Source: Nitrosopumilaceae archaeon
GTDB lineage: Archaea; Thermoproteota; Nitrososphaeria; Nitrososphaerales; Nitrosopumilaceae
Direction of reading: 5' to 3'
Assembly (NCBI GenBank): GCA_965207375.1
Contig: OZ242274.1
Coordinates: forward strand, 1,248,001 to 1,312,000
DNA length: 64,000 nt
Numbering within the stretch: the first letter of the stretch is position 1; every line of letters starts with the position of its first letter. The translations under genes were made by a program, and so were the position numbers. Positions 1-9,868 of this stretch are shown here, piece by piece. The notes below the pieces were generated by a model. The model was not told where the DNA came from and did not search any database. It saw nothing but the letters and a program-made list of their open reading frames with translations.

Positions 1-126
1 AGTTCCTGGTGGAATAAAGACATCTGAGATGTATTTTAGAACAAAAGAATTTGCAATTGAGTTAAAACAATTTAAAAAAAATTATCTGTGTGGGATTTGT
101 CGAGATAAAAAAAGGACAAGTAGACT

Positions 127-435
127 ATGAATCCCTTGTTTCAGCTAAGCACTAGAAGTTATGATAAGGAAATAATTTTAGTAAGGCAGGCACTTGCAGA
201 TCTTCAAACCCAATGCGGAGTTCAAAACGGATATGTTATAGAGGAGCCATTTACAAAGTTTGGTTGGACGTTTTTTAATATACAGATTAGTGAAATCCTG
301 GCAGACACTATTGAAAAATCTGGAATTATGGCAGGAGCTGCAGGCTACAAAATCGGAGAACAGATTACCAATTTTGTAGGCCATTATCTAGAACAAAAAG
401 GCAGCAACGTTAGAATCAAACAGATTGATTATTAA
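127..435 (+). CDS. hypothetical protein
   Basis: 102-aa ORF with normal globular composition; no motif recognised. Confidence 0.75.
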   Translation: MNPLFQLSTRSYDKEIILVRQALADLQTQCGVQNGYVIEEPFTKFGWTFFNIQISEILADTIEKSGIMAGAAGYKIGEQITNFVGHYLEQKGSNVRIKQIDY

Positions 436-732
436 AAATTGCTTCATAATTCGGCAAACTCATCAACGTATTCAGATATGTAGCATGAATAATCATCAGC
501 AAATACACTAACACATTGAGAATATAAGAAATTATCTGATTGCCAGTACATTTGATGATATATTGCAGACAAACAATCTATAGTCTTTTGACGTACAGAC
601 AAGGCCCGGTCTTGCACATGTCTGTCTGGTAAGAGATATTACATCTGTACTATTCTGTTTTATCTCAACGCTTTAGATCTAAAGAAACTACTTACAATAC
701 TGACTGCTTACATTGAAGGCATATTGATACAC

Positions 733-832
733 TAGACTTTATGCACAATTGACTAATTCGAAATAAAATTTTTAAATTTGAGGCTAAAAAATGAGCATTT
801 TTAATTCAAAATTCAATTATGCATAAGGTCTA
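733..832. mobile_element. MITE-like element with TA ends
   Basis: TAGACTTTATGCACAATTGA (733-752) and TCAATTATGCATAAGGTCTA (813-832) form an 18/20 inverted repeat around a non-coding AT-rich core. Confidence 0.6.
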
Positions 833-979
833 CTATTCAAATCATTTTGATATATTTCTTTTTACACCTTCAAATTTCTGTTACTATTATTTTGAATCAT
901 TAAAATGATGATAAACCGCATTATATCAAATACCGTACAGTTTATCAATCCGTATTTTGATGCCCAATCGTAGGCAAGC

Positions 980-1615
980 ATGAAGATTATTGTAATATTT
1001 GATTTTGATGGAACATTGGCAGATTCTGTGCACATATTCATTGATGCAATCAACAAATTTGCAGACAATTTCAATTATAAAAAAATAAAACCAGAGGAGC
1101 TAAAAATGTTACAATCAAAACGTCCTAGGCAGATCCTACGCCACCTCAGAATTTCTCTGCTAAAATTACCTTTTGTACTAAAGCGAATCAGAAAAGAGAT
1201 GAACAAAGCAGTAATACATGCAAAGCCATCAGTGGATATCAAAGACACGCTAACAACTCTAAAAAAGAACGGATGTGAAATAGGAATTTTAACGTCAAAC
1301 ACAGAACAAAATGTAAAGGAATTTTTGATAAACAACAACTTGGATGTTTTTGACTTTTTATATTCTGGAAACAGCGTATTTGGAAAAGGTCGTGTTCTTC
1401 GTAAAATAATTCAGAAAAACAATCTTGCTAAAAACCAGATATTTTATGTTGGTGATGAAATAAGAGATATTGACGCTGCAAAAAAGACCCAAATAAAGAT
1501 GATTGCAGTCTCGTGGGGATTTAATACAATTGAGGCATTAAAAAAAGAAAATCCAGACTATACTGCAGAGACACCACAACAAATCCAGAACATAATTTTG
1601 GGCAAAAAAGAATAA
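980..1615 (+). CDS. HAD-superfamily hydrolase (phosphoglycolate phosphatase-like)
   Basis: Motif I DFDGTLADS, motif II LTSN, motif IV YVGDEIRD. Confidence 0.9.
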   Translation: MKIIVIFDFDGTLADSVHIFIDAINKFADNFNYKKIKPEELKMLQSKRPRQILRHLRISLLKLPFVLKRIRKEMNKAVIHAKPSVDIKDTLTTLKKNGCEIGILTSNTEQNVKEFLINNNLDVFDFLYSGNSVFGKGRVLRKIIQKNNLAKNQIFYVGDEIRDIDAAKKTQIKMIAVSWGFNTIEALKKENPDYTAETPQQIQNIILGKKE

Positions 1616-1643
1616 ACATATACCATCAGGGACAAATCTTCAC

Positions 1644-2183
1644 ATGAGCAAGAATTTCTGGCATGATATTGAAACTGGTAGCGATATTCCCGAAATTGTA
1701 AATGTTATTGTAGAGATTCCAAAAGGCTCCCAAAACAAGTACGAATACGATAAAAAACACAACATGATGAAACTAGACAGAGTTTTGTTTTCACCATTTC
1801 ACTATCCTGGAGATTATGGAATCATACCGCAGACGTTGTCAGATGACGGAGACCCACTAGATGCACTTGTACTAGTCACAAATGCAACGTATCCTGGAAT
1901 ACTTGTAGAGGCAAGACCCATTGGCTTGCTTCGTATGAAAGATGATGGCTCATCAGATGACAAAATTATCTGCGTTTCAACAAATGATCCTAGATATTTG
2001 CACACTACTGACATTTCAAACATTGAGGATCATTACAGATCTGAGATTGCTCATTTTTTCCAAGTGTACAAGGATCTAGAAGGCAAAAAAGTGGAAATTC
2101 TAGGGTGGGAGTCTGCAAAGGATGCAAAAAAGGTGATTTTAGATTCTGCAAAAAACTACAAAAACACCTTGAAAAAATACTAG
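1644..2183 (+). CDS. ppa: soluble family I inorganic pyrophosphatase
   Basis: EIPKGSQNKYEYD, YPGDYG, DGDPLD signature, DDKII. Confidence 0.97.
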   Translation: MSKNFWHDIETGSDIPEIVNVIVEIPKGSQNKYEYDKKHNMMKLDRVLFSPFHYPGDYGIIPQTLSDDGDPLDALVLVTNATYPGILVEARPIGLLRMKDDGSSDDKIICVSTNDPRYLHTTDISNIEDHYRSEIAHFFQVYKDLEGKKVEILGWESAKDAKKVILDSAKNYKNTLKKY

Positions 2184-2403
2184 TGCCATCTTTGTATTTT
2201 TTTCTAAAAGTGCAAAACTATACAGTAGCAATATCGTCTGATGTATCTAACATGTTTAGGTAAAAAGGCATTTTGAACAAATACTGTCAATAACTGTTTT
2301 TGGTGATTTAATTCAATAGCTGTATAATTTAGTTGGGTTTGTATTTGCCAAATTCCTCTTTTCTTGCATTAGTTTTTTAATAACTGCAATTTTGTTAAAT
2401 CAA

Positions 2404-4170
2404 ATGGCAAAGTTTCAAACACAAAAATGGAGTTTGGTAGAACTTGTACGAGATCCCAAAAGTGCAGAATTTAAAGCCCAGATAGAGGAGGTTCAAAAAC
2501 TCGCAAGCTCATTTGAGAGATTAAAATCAAAACTAGACAAAAAAATGTCTACAAAAACATTTCTAAAGATAATTTCAGCCAAAGAAAAGCTTGTTGAAAA
2601 AATTACCATAATTGGAGGATTTGCATCTTTAGAGTATGCAGCAAATACACAATCAGATGAGGCAACCTCACTGCTTACTCAAATGAGCAAGCTGGGCTCA
2701 GATGTATCAAATCAAGTACTGTTTTTTGACCTGTGGTGGAAACAGAAAATAGACGAAAAAAATGCCCAACGCCTGATAAAAGAATCAGGCGAGCTGCGGG
2801 GATATCTGGCTCACAAAAGATTGGTTGCCAAATACTCTTTGAGTGAACCCGAAGAGCGAATCATTAACACACTAGATGTTACGGGGGCCTCTGCACTGGT
2901 GAAAATATATGATAAAATTACAAATGCCTTTGTATATACTGTAAAAATCGACAATACCTCAAAACAGATGACAAGAGAGCAGCTGACAAACCTTGTAAAA
3001 AGTGCAAATCCAAAAACACGCAAAGCAGCATATCAGTCACTTTTGGGAAAATTTTCAAAAAACAGTGGAGTGCTTGGAGAAATCTATCAAAATATTGTTT
3101 TAAACTGGAAGGATGAAGGCATACAAATTCGCAACTATCCATCCCCCGTATCTATTAGAAATATTGCAAATGATATTGATGATAGAACCATTTCATCTTT
3201 ATTGGATACGTGCAGGGCAAATGGTACAATTTTTCAAAAATTCTTTTTACAAAAGGCAAAGATTGCAGGAATGAAAAAACTAAGACGTTATGATTTGTAT
3301 GCTCCTGCACCAAAGGCCGTAGAAAAAAATTACACCTATGGCAAGGCAGTGAATCTAGTGTTAGAGTCCTTGGCACTGTTTAGTCCTAAACTTGCAGGAT
3401 ATGCAGAAAATGTGTTTTCACAAAACCATGTTGATTCATCTATACGGCCTGGAAAAAGAGACGGGGCATTTTGTAGTACGTTGTCTCCTAAAATAACCCC
3501 GTTTGTTTTAGTAAATTATACCGGAAAGATACGTGATGTTTTTACCTTGGCACATGAGTTAGGCCATGCAGTACACAGCCAGGCAGCTGCCAGACACTCT
3601 ATTTTGGTCCAAGATGCTCCATTACCTCTAGCCGAGACTGCATCGACATTTTCTGAACTCTTACTGTATGATAATATTTCAAAAAAGATATCGCCTGGAG
3701 AGAGAAAATCAATGCTTTTGACAAAAATCGACGATCTGTACGCTACTATAATGAGACAGTCGTTTTTTACATTATTTGAGATAGATGCGCACAAACAAAT
3801 TGCTCAAAACACTACAGTTGAGGAATTATCCAAAACATACCTTTCTAATCTTAAAGCGCAATTTGGAAGCTCAGTTGTAGTCTCTGAGGATTTTGGAATT
3901 GAATGGAGCTGTATTCCTCACTTTTACCATACGCCATTTTATTGCTATGCGTACTCTTTTGGGAATCTTTTGGCACTATCATTGTTTCAAAGGTACAAAA
4001 AGGAGGGCAAGGATTTTGTTCCTGCATATCTTGACATACTAGCAGCAGGTGGCACGACAAAACCTGAGATGTTGCTTGAAAAGCACGGTTTTGATATTGG
4101 CTCTACAAAATTCTGGCAACAAGGTTTTGATTATATCAAGGCCCATGTTGGACAATTATCAAGACTGTAA
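2404..4170 (+). CDS. pepF: M3B oligoendopeptidase F family peptidase
   Basis: GKRDGAF, TLAHELGH zinc motif, AETAS, IPHFY..FYCYAY; ATG at 2404 preferred over TTG 2392. Confidence 0.92.
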   Translation: MAKFQTQKWSLVELVRDPKSAEFKAQIEEVQKLASSFERLKSKLDKKMSTKTFLKIISAKEKLVEKITIIGGFASLEYAANTQSDEATSLLTQMSKLGSDVSNQVLFFDLWWKQKIDEKNAQRLIKESGELRGYLAHKRLVAKYSLSEPEERIINTLDVTGASALVKIYDKITNAFVYTVKIDNTSKQMTREQLTNLVKSANPKTRKAAYQSLLGKFSKNSGVLGEIYQNIVLNWKDEGIQIRNYPSPVSIRNIANDIDDRTISSLLDTCRANGTIFQKFFLQKAKIAGMKKLRRYDLYAPAPKAVEKNYTYGKAVNLVLESLALFSPKLAGYAENVFSQNHVDSSIRPGKRDGAFCSTLSPKITPFVLVNYTGKIRDVFTLAHELGHAVHSQAAARHSILVQDAPLPLAETASTFSELLLYDNISKKISPGERKSMLLTKIDDLYATIMRQSFFTLFEIDAHKQIAQNTTVEELSKTYLSNLKAQFGSSVVVSEDFGIEWSCIPHFYHTPFYCYAYSFGNLLALSLFQRYKKEGKDFVPAYLDILAAGGTTKPEMLLEKHGFDIGSTKFWQQGFDYIKAHVGQLSRL

Positions 4171-4241
4171 TGTCTGATTTGGATAATATTTTGATATAAT
4201 TTGGTCAAAGCCTTAAATCAAAATCATTAATCTGCCATGCA

Positions 4242-4973
4242 ATGAACGCAAAACAACGAACCGGAATTCTTGCAATATCTGTAATAGCTGCAATTATGAC
4301 TATAGGCAGTATTGGAGTTGCAGAATCAAGTGCAGTCAAGACGATAACCTATGAGGTCACAGTTACAAATATCACGCCAGGCCAACCAATAACTCCTCCG
4401 TTACTTGTAACGCATGCCAAAGATATTGGAATTTTCTCGGTAGGACATTTGGCAAGTGAACAGCTTGGACAACTTGCTGAAAATGGAAATGCCCAACCGC
4501 TAGTTCAAAGCATTACTGAGGCAGGAGCTTTTGATATTGTACAGGGCACTACACCACTAGTTCCAGCAAATGATCCGGGACAGACAGATCTGAATCATTC
4601 TGAGACATTTACCATTACGGCAAGTGGCCAGCAGAAATATCTTTCATTTGCAAGCATGTTAGTCTGTACAAATGACGGATTTGCAGGTATTGATAGTGTA
4701 AGATTGCCTTACTATAACGAAAAAACAGTTTATGCAAAAGGCTATGATGCAAGAACCGAGGTAAACACCGAAGATTTTGCTGATATGGTACCTCCATGTC
4801 AGGGCGCAATTGGAATAACATCAGACGATGAGGGTACAGGTACTAGCAATCCTGAAATTGCAGAAGATGGTGTAATTATTCCACACGTGGGAATCTTGGG
4901 CGGCAACGACCTTACATCTGCACATGCATGGAGTAATCCTGCAGTTAAAATCGATATTGTGCGTGTAGGGTAA
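4242..4973 (+). CDS. secreted spondin-N-domain protein
   Basis: Signal peptide; VTVTNITPGQPITP, LAENGN, SMLVCTNDGFAG, YDARTEVNTE are typical of prokaryotic spondin domains. Confidence 0.8.
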   Translation: MNAKQRTGILAISVIAAIMTIGSIGVAESSAVKTITYEVTVTNITPGQPITPPLLVTHAKDIGIFSVGHLASEQLGQLAENGNAQPLVQSITEAGAFDIVQGTTPLVPANDPGQTDLNHSETFTITASGQQKYLSFASMLVCTNDGFAGIDSVRLPYYNEKTVYAKGYDARTEVNTEDFADMVPPCQGAIGITSDDEGTGTSNPEIAEDGVIIPHVGILGGNDLTSAHAWSNPAVKIDIVRVG

Positions 4974-5642
4974 TCACACCACAAGTTATTTTTTTTCAAG
5001 ATGATTGGGAGCATTTTAACATCTTTACAATTACCATTATTCTAAAATAGGTGTAATTGTTTTGCTTTTTGAAGCTTCAGCCTAACTGCATCCCTCTGAT
5101 TGTTTGCCAAGAAATTTGTACCTGTTGATCTAATTTCTGTCATGGCCGTGCCTTGAGAAAAATACAAGTACTGTAAATGGTGGTTGCAACAAACCGGTAT
5201 TGACAAGATGTTATGATATGGGTATAATACAGGGCATATTGCCATGTCCATAATAATTTCTATTGTCAGATCGATTTTCTAGACAACTTTAGAAAGTCGT
5301 CCTGTTACAATTCTCGTTTCATGGATATCAATTATTTAGGTGCAATAAATCTAGAAGAATTGTTTGAAATGTTTCTGAGCGAACACTTTGGTGATAATAA
5401 TCATGATGAGTAAATTATTGATTTTGTAGTTTTTTTGATTTTCTCAATGAAATAGATTCAACAATAATTGATAATCAAAACTTTACAGAAATCCAACCGT
5501 GCGGCATTGCGTGCAAATGTTTTAGATGATTCGTTTGAATTCTTTATCTAGTAATTCTTCTTATTGGTATAAGAATAGTAAATTAGATATTAATAATTAA
5601 CAATTCGTATTATCGTAGGTGTTTTCTAAATTTTTAAAATGT

Positions 5643-5685
5643 GGGGCTGGCAGTCACGCACTGACTGCCAGTCATTTTGTCCCCC
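5643..5685. other. GC-rich intergenic hairpin, candidate structured RNA
   Basis: CTGGCAGTCA-cgcac-TGACTGCCAG perfect 10-bp stem flanked by GGGG and CCCCC. Confidence 0.45.
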
Positions 5686-6047
5686 GAATCGGTTTGAAAT
5701 TCGATGTCTATTCTATTTTGTATGTTTGATATAAATACGAATCGAATCGGTGCACAGATTTGAGTATTGTAAATTATTTGGTTATGTCTATTTTGAACAG
5801 TGCAACTGTACCTATAACAAAAAGATGTTTGGTTAGATGATGTACAATGTGCAGACTTTAAAAAAATTCAATACCTGTGATTTTTGCATCACATTTAGGC
5901 ATGGTATTTTATGTCTTCAATCTATTACGGTAAGAGTTGATTCGTAATTGGCAAATCTTGCCACAATTTCCATTTGATTATGCTAAGTTCCAAACATTTT
6001 GTGTTTTATGACACATTAACAGAAAATGTTAGACGGTTAAGCAATGC

Positions 6048-6700
6048 TTAATTTACAGCCTCTATTTTCTTCAAGGTGTCAGCTATTTGTTGCTAGAGTG
6101 GATTAGAATATTTTTGAGTATTGTTTTGGGCTTCAGCTACAGTCATAGGATTATCATGTTATATAATGCCAAATGCTGCCAAAACTCTATTCCATCTGTC
6201 AACGTGTTCTGCACCAAGATGCGTTTGTTCTGCCATTAGCCTTGCACCGTCTATTACTGCAGGATCAATTTCAGGTATTGGACTATCTGGTATTGGAACG
6301 CCAGATTTGATGCCACTGATGCCACCGTCACCGCCACTTTCAGTATCAGATATTATGACTGTCTGGCTAGTGATTCCGGTTAAACTATGTCCTGTACTTG
6401 GAAGTAACGTAATTGTGAGTGCCCCCGCCCTGATCCCCTGCTAATCACCGGAGATGCGAAAAGTGCAATCGTTGTCCATATACTTGTCGCATCGATTGTA
6501 AAAGTACCTATGGCCGAATCGGGAAAATAGGCGCCTTCTTGGGTAATGGAATATCTTGTATTGTGTCCCCATCTGTACTCGGGTTAGGACCAACATGAAT
6601 CTGTGGAGAAATACCGGCACCCTCAAGTATGGATGGTGGAAGATTAGTGTTGAGTTGTACTGCATACATTCTATTGTACGAAAAATAGATCTGTCTAGAT
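6048..6700 (-). pseudogene. pseudogene of a secreted Calx-beta-like protein carrying the HVDRWNRVLAAFG module (paralogue of 31741..33873)
   Basis: Minus frame reads ...GVPIPDSPIPEIDPAVIDGARLMAEQTHLGAEHVDRWNRVLAAFGII*HDNPMTVAEAQNNTQKYSNPL*QQIADTLKKIEAVN*; nonsense codons at 6159-6161 and 6093-6095; frameshifted Calx-beta-like region upstream; 5' boundary approximate. Confidence 0.85.
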
Positions 6701-7000
6701 TGGCGCCTCCACAGACTGATTAGTTACGAAAATCAACTAATTACGAAATCCAAGGTTGTCCTTGATGTCACAAAGATTATTTCATATCTTTTTATTGGCC
6801 AGTTCATTGCCATCTGCGTTCATGATAGATACTTGAATGGTTTTTTTGTGAAACGCCTATACAGACAAAACAAGGTTCCATAGACGCCCTCAATTTTACG
6901 GTTTTGTGTTTGTTTGCATTATTTCTTGGAGACTGAGATTCTGTAGAACTGGGATTTCACTATAATCTAAATTTCCTTGATCGGGGCATCTATGATTATG

Positions 7001-7465
7001 TTAAACGCCTCTGCTTGTTTTGATTTCAATGGTTCCCATCATCCATGGATGAGGTTGACAAAAATAATTTATTTCCATGGGCTCTGTAAACAAAAATTCG
7101 TATGTTTCATTTGGCAGTATGACACCATTGGAACCAAAACTACCACTGTACTGATCAGCTGTTCTATGATCAGGGGTTACAGTATGTGCTATACTGTCAT
7201 CATTTGTCCATACCACCTTATTGTCTTTAGTTAGTGTGACTACGGAATGATTTGGAACATAATTATCATTTCCTTCCGTTGTAGCTCCTTCAACTATAGA
7301 TATTTGATAAGTCATTTCAGGTTCCAATATTGCATGTGAAACAGAGGGTTTTTCAAGATATTCGGGTAAATAAAACATTTGATAGAAAATTATACTTGCA
7401 CCCACTGCGATTATCATTGTCATTATACCAATACCATAAGCATGACTTGTTTTTTGCTCACTCAT
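7001..7465 (-). CDS. membrane-anchored plastocyanin-like blue copper protein
   Basis: N-terminal TM helix; WTNDDSIAHTVT and YFCQPHPWM type-1 copper ligands. Confidence 0.92.
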   Translation of the reverse strand: MSEQKTSHAYGIGIMTMIIAVGASIIFYQMFYLPEYLEKPSVSHAILEPEMTYQISIVEGATTEGNDNYVPNHSVVTLTKDNKVVWTNDDSIAHTVTPDHRTADQYSGSFGSNGVILPNETYEFLFTEPMEINYFCQPHPWMMGTIEIKTSRGV

Positions 7466-7702
7466 AATATTTTTAATAAAAAAAATAATTTAAAGGTTTG
7501 TCAATAAAACAATTTTATTACTGGATTCATATCTATCTTAAATTTACAAAGTTTGCAACATTTCAGATTTTTTGAAGCTTTTACATAAAAAATTCAGAGC
7601 CCGAAATTTGACATCTCAATTACATGCAGCACTTTATACACTCGATCTATCTGCAAAGTTCTCCGATCTAAATGACTTAGAAATCTGCAATTTTTGCAAC
7701 AT

Positions 7703-7834
7703 CTATGGAATTTCTTCTTCAATATCACAGCAAAATTTGTGAACCCAGATGCCTTTGGAGTTTTTTAAGATCTCCTTTCCTGCCTTGATGGGCTCACCAC
7801 ACTCGGTACATTTGCCTGCAAATCTAGCCTTCAA
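7703..7834 (-). CDS. 43-aa putative zinc-binding microprotein
   Basis: MKARFAGKCTECGEPIKAGKEILKNSKGIWVHKFCCDIEEEIP; CxxC and HxxC; TTG start; below ORF-track cutoff. Confidence 0.7.
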   Translation of the reverse strand: MKARFAGKCTECGEPIKAGKEILKNSKGIWVHKFCCDIEEEIP

Positions 7835-7903
7835 ATTGATCTCACCATTAGCTAATCAAAATTAACTACGAGCAAATTAATGTATCTAGTTAGAACCTAT
7901 ATT

Positions 7904-8014
7904 ATGATTGGATTATGCCATAAATGCTATGCTAGTGGGGTCTCTGTCATTCTTGATGAAAATACGTCAATGACGCTTTGCACAAAGTGCCGCAACCAAG
8001 CAACACAGGAATAG
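7904..8014 (+). CDS. 36-aa zinc-ribbon microprotein
   Basis: MIGLCHKCYASGVSVILDENTSMTLCTKCRNQATQE; two CxxC pairs. Confidence 0.65.
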   Translation: MIGLCHKCYASGVSVILDENTSMTLCTKCRNQATQE

Positions 8015-8066
8015 ATCTGTACACTAAAACAAAGCAACTTTATGTGACAGAAAAAAAAAGTAAACT

Positions 8067-9740
8067 GTGAGCGACATCTTAGCTAGCTTTCCAGAACAAT
8101 ATATGCCTAGGACGATTCAAAAAGACATTTTACACCAGATAGAGGAAAAATTAGATTCTGGATACAAAAAAATCATACTGTCTGCACCAACTGGGGTAGG
8201 AAAATCGCTGATTGCAGCAGCTACTGCCAGACACTTTGATAATTCATTTATTGTAACTGCATCAAAACATCTACAGGATCAATACAGCAAAGATTTAGAT
8301 TTTTTAAAGCCAATTAAAGGAAAATCCAATTTTGTCTGTCAGAAATTAATGAAAAATCAAAAGATTCACGACTCTTCTAGTGCAATGCGACTCGGCCTAA
8401 CATGTGAAAAAGGAAAATGCATAGAAAAGATTTCAAAAAATGATGTAATAATTGAAGAGACATGTGAATTCAAGCCAAAAATAAAGGAGGTAGCATCAGG
8501 CTTGCACACGACAAGTTCCTGTGATTACTATATGCAAAAATATATCGCACTAGCTGCACCTCATTCGATATGGAACTATTCTGCATATTTTCAGATAATG
8601 AAGTATAACAAACAACTATTTGCAGATTATCTGAACAGACAAATTGCAATTTTTGATGAGGCGCATAAAATTGAAGATCAAATTATACAATTTATAGGAA
8701 TTAACATCTACAAAGGAGTATTAGATGAATGTGAAATAAATATTGACTCGTATGATTTGACAGATATTGATTCTATCATATCGCTGTCTGATGCAATGGC
8801 AGATTATTATGCAAAGAGGTTACATGACTTGGAGGATAATGCATCTACCCAAGACCCAGATGGTAAACTAGAGACAAGATTAGAATCTAGATACCAAAGG
8901 GCAACTAGAGACAGAATAGCGATGCTAGAAAACAAAAAAAATTTTGTTATAAGCAAACCAGAAACAGACTATGAAGGCAACTTTAAATCCATATCGATAA
9001 ATCCCATTGATATCTCAAAATATGTTACAGATTTTTTTCAAACTCCATATCAGCTGTTTATGTCTGCAACAATAGACAGAGCTAGTTTTTGTGAAAATAC
9101 TGGCATTGACCCACAGGAGGTAGCCATAATAGACACCCCCAAATCTCCATTTCCATTAGAGAACAGACAGGTCCGCTTTTTAGATATCAGGCGACTCAAC
9201 AGCAGATCAACTGATGATGACAGACTAGCAATAATTAAAAAAATTGACGATCTCATGAATTTATACTCTGACACACGGGGACTGATTTTAACATCGTCTA
9301 TTTTTTGGTGTAATGAAATCAAAAGACATTTGTCGCCAAAAAATCAAGGACGAATAAAAATATGTCATAGTAAAAATGAAGATGGCAAGACACAGGATGA
9401 AATACTAGACGAGCACGCTAAAACGCCTAATAGCGTATTGCTGTCTTCATCATTGTGGGAGGGCGTGGATCTAAAAGATGATTTATCTAGATTTCAAATA
9501 ATTGCCAAAGTTCCATATCCTAATCTAGCAGAAAAACGAACTAGTGAAAAGATGCAACTTTTTCCACTATGGTATGACAGCCAAACATTGATGAAATTAT
9601 TGCAAGGATTGGGCCGTTCAATTAGAAACGATAAGGACAAGGCAAATACATACGTTTTAGATGCCTCTGTTCATCATGTTTTGAGCAAAGCAAGAAAACT
9701 AATTCCAAAGGCGTATTATGACACATTTGGTTGGAATTAG
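8067..9740 (+). CDS. XPD/Rad3/DinG-family SF2 DNA helicase with putative Fe-S domain
   Basis: APTGVGKS Walker A, Cys cluster after KGKSNFVC, DEAH, MSAT, WEGVD, QGLGRSIR. Confidence 0.92.
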   Translation: MSDILASFPEQYMPRTIQKDILHQIEEKLDSGYKKIILSAPTGVGKSLIAAATARHFDNSFIVTASKHLQDQYSKDLDFLKPIKGKSNFVCQKLMKNQKIHDSSSAMRLGLTCEKGKCIEKISKNDVIIEETCEFKPKIKEVASGLHTTSSCDYYMQKYIALAAPHSIWNYSAYFQIMKYNKQLFADYLNRQIAIFDEAHKIEDQIIQFIGINIYKGVLDECEINIDSYDLTDIDSIISLSDAMADYYAKRLHDLEDNASTQDPDGKLETRLESRYQRATRDRIAMLENKKNFVISKPETDYEGNFKSISINPIDISKYVTDFFQTPYQLFMSATIDRASFCENTGIDPQEVAIIDTPKSPFPLENRQVRFLDIRRLNSRSTDDDRLAIIKKIDDLMNLYSDTRGLILTSSIFWCNEIKRHLSPKNQGRIKICHSKNEDGKTQDEILDEHAKTPNSVLLSSSLWEGVDLKDDLSRFQIIAKVPYPNLAEKRTSEKMQLFPLWYDSQTLMKLLQGLGRSIRNDKDKANTYVLDASVHHVLSKARKLIPKAYYDTFGWN

Positions 9741-9868
9741 ATGCTTTAACAAATTGACTTAAGTTATCTAGAAAATCAAAAGCAGAAACTATTGATATGC
9801 CAATTTTAGAATGCACCAAAACTATATCCGTTAGCAACCTTAATAATTTGACGTTAAAATTTCTCATC

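Noticed and set aside
480-730. Possible degraded gene remnant (also ~5040-5550)
   Set aside because: Looks coding-like but has multiple stops and no recognisable family, so it cannot be called
6121-6444. 107-aa plus-strand ORF (and similar 31769..32005, 32474..32911)
   Set aside because: Antisense to the module-bearing gene and pseudogene
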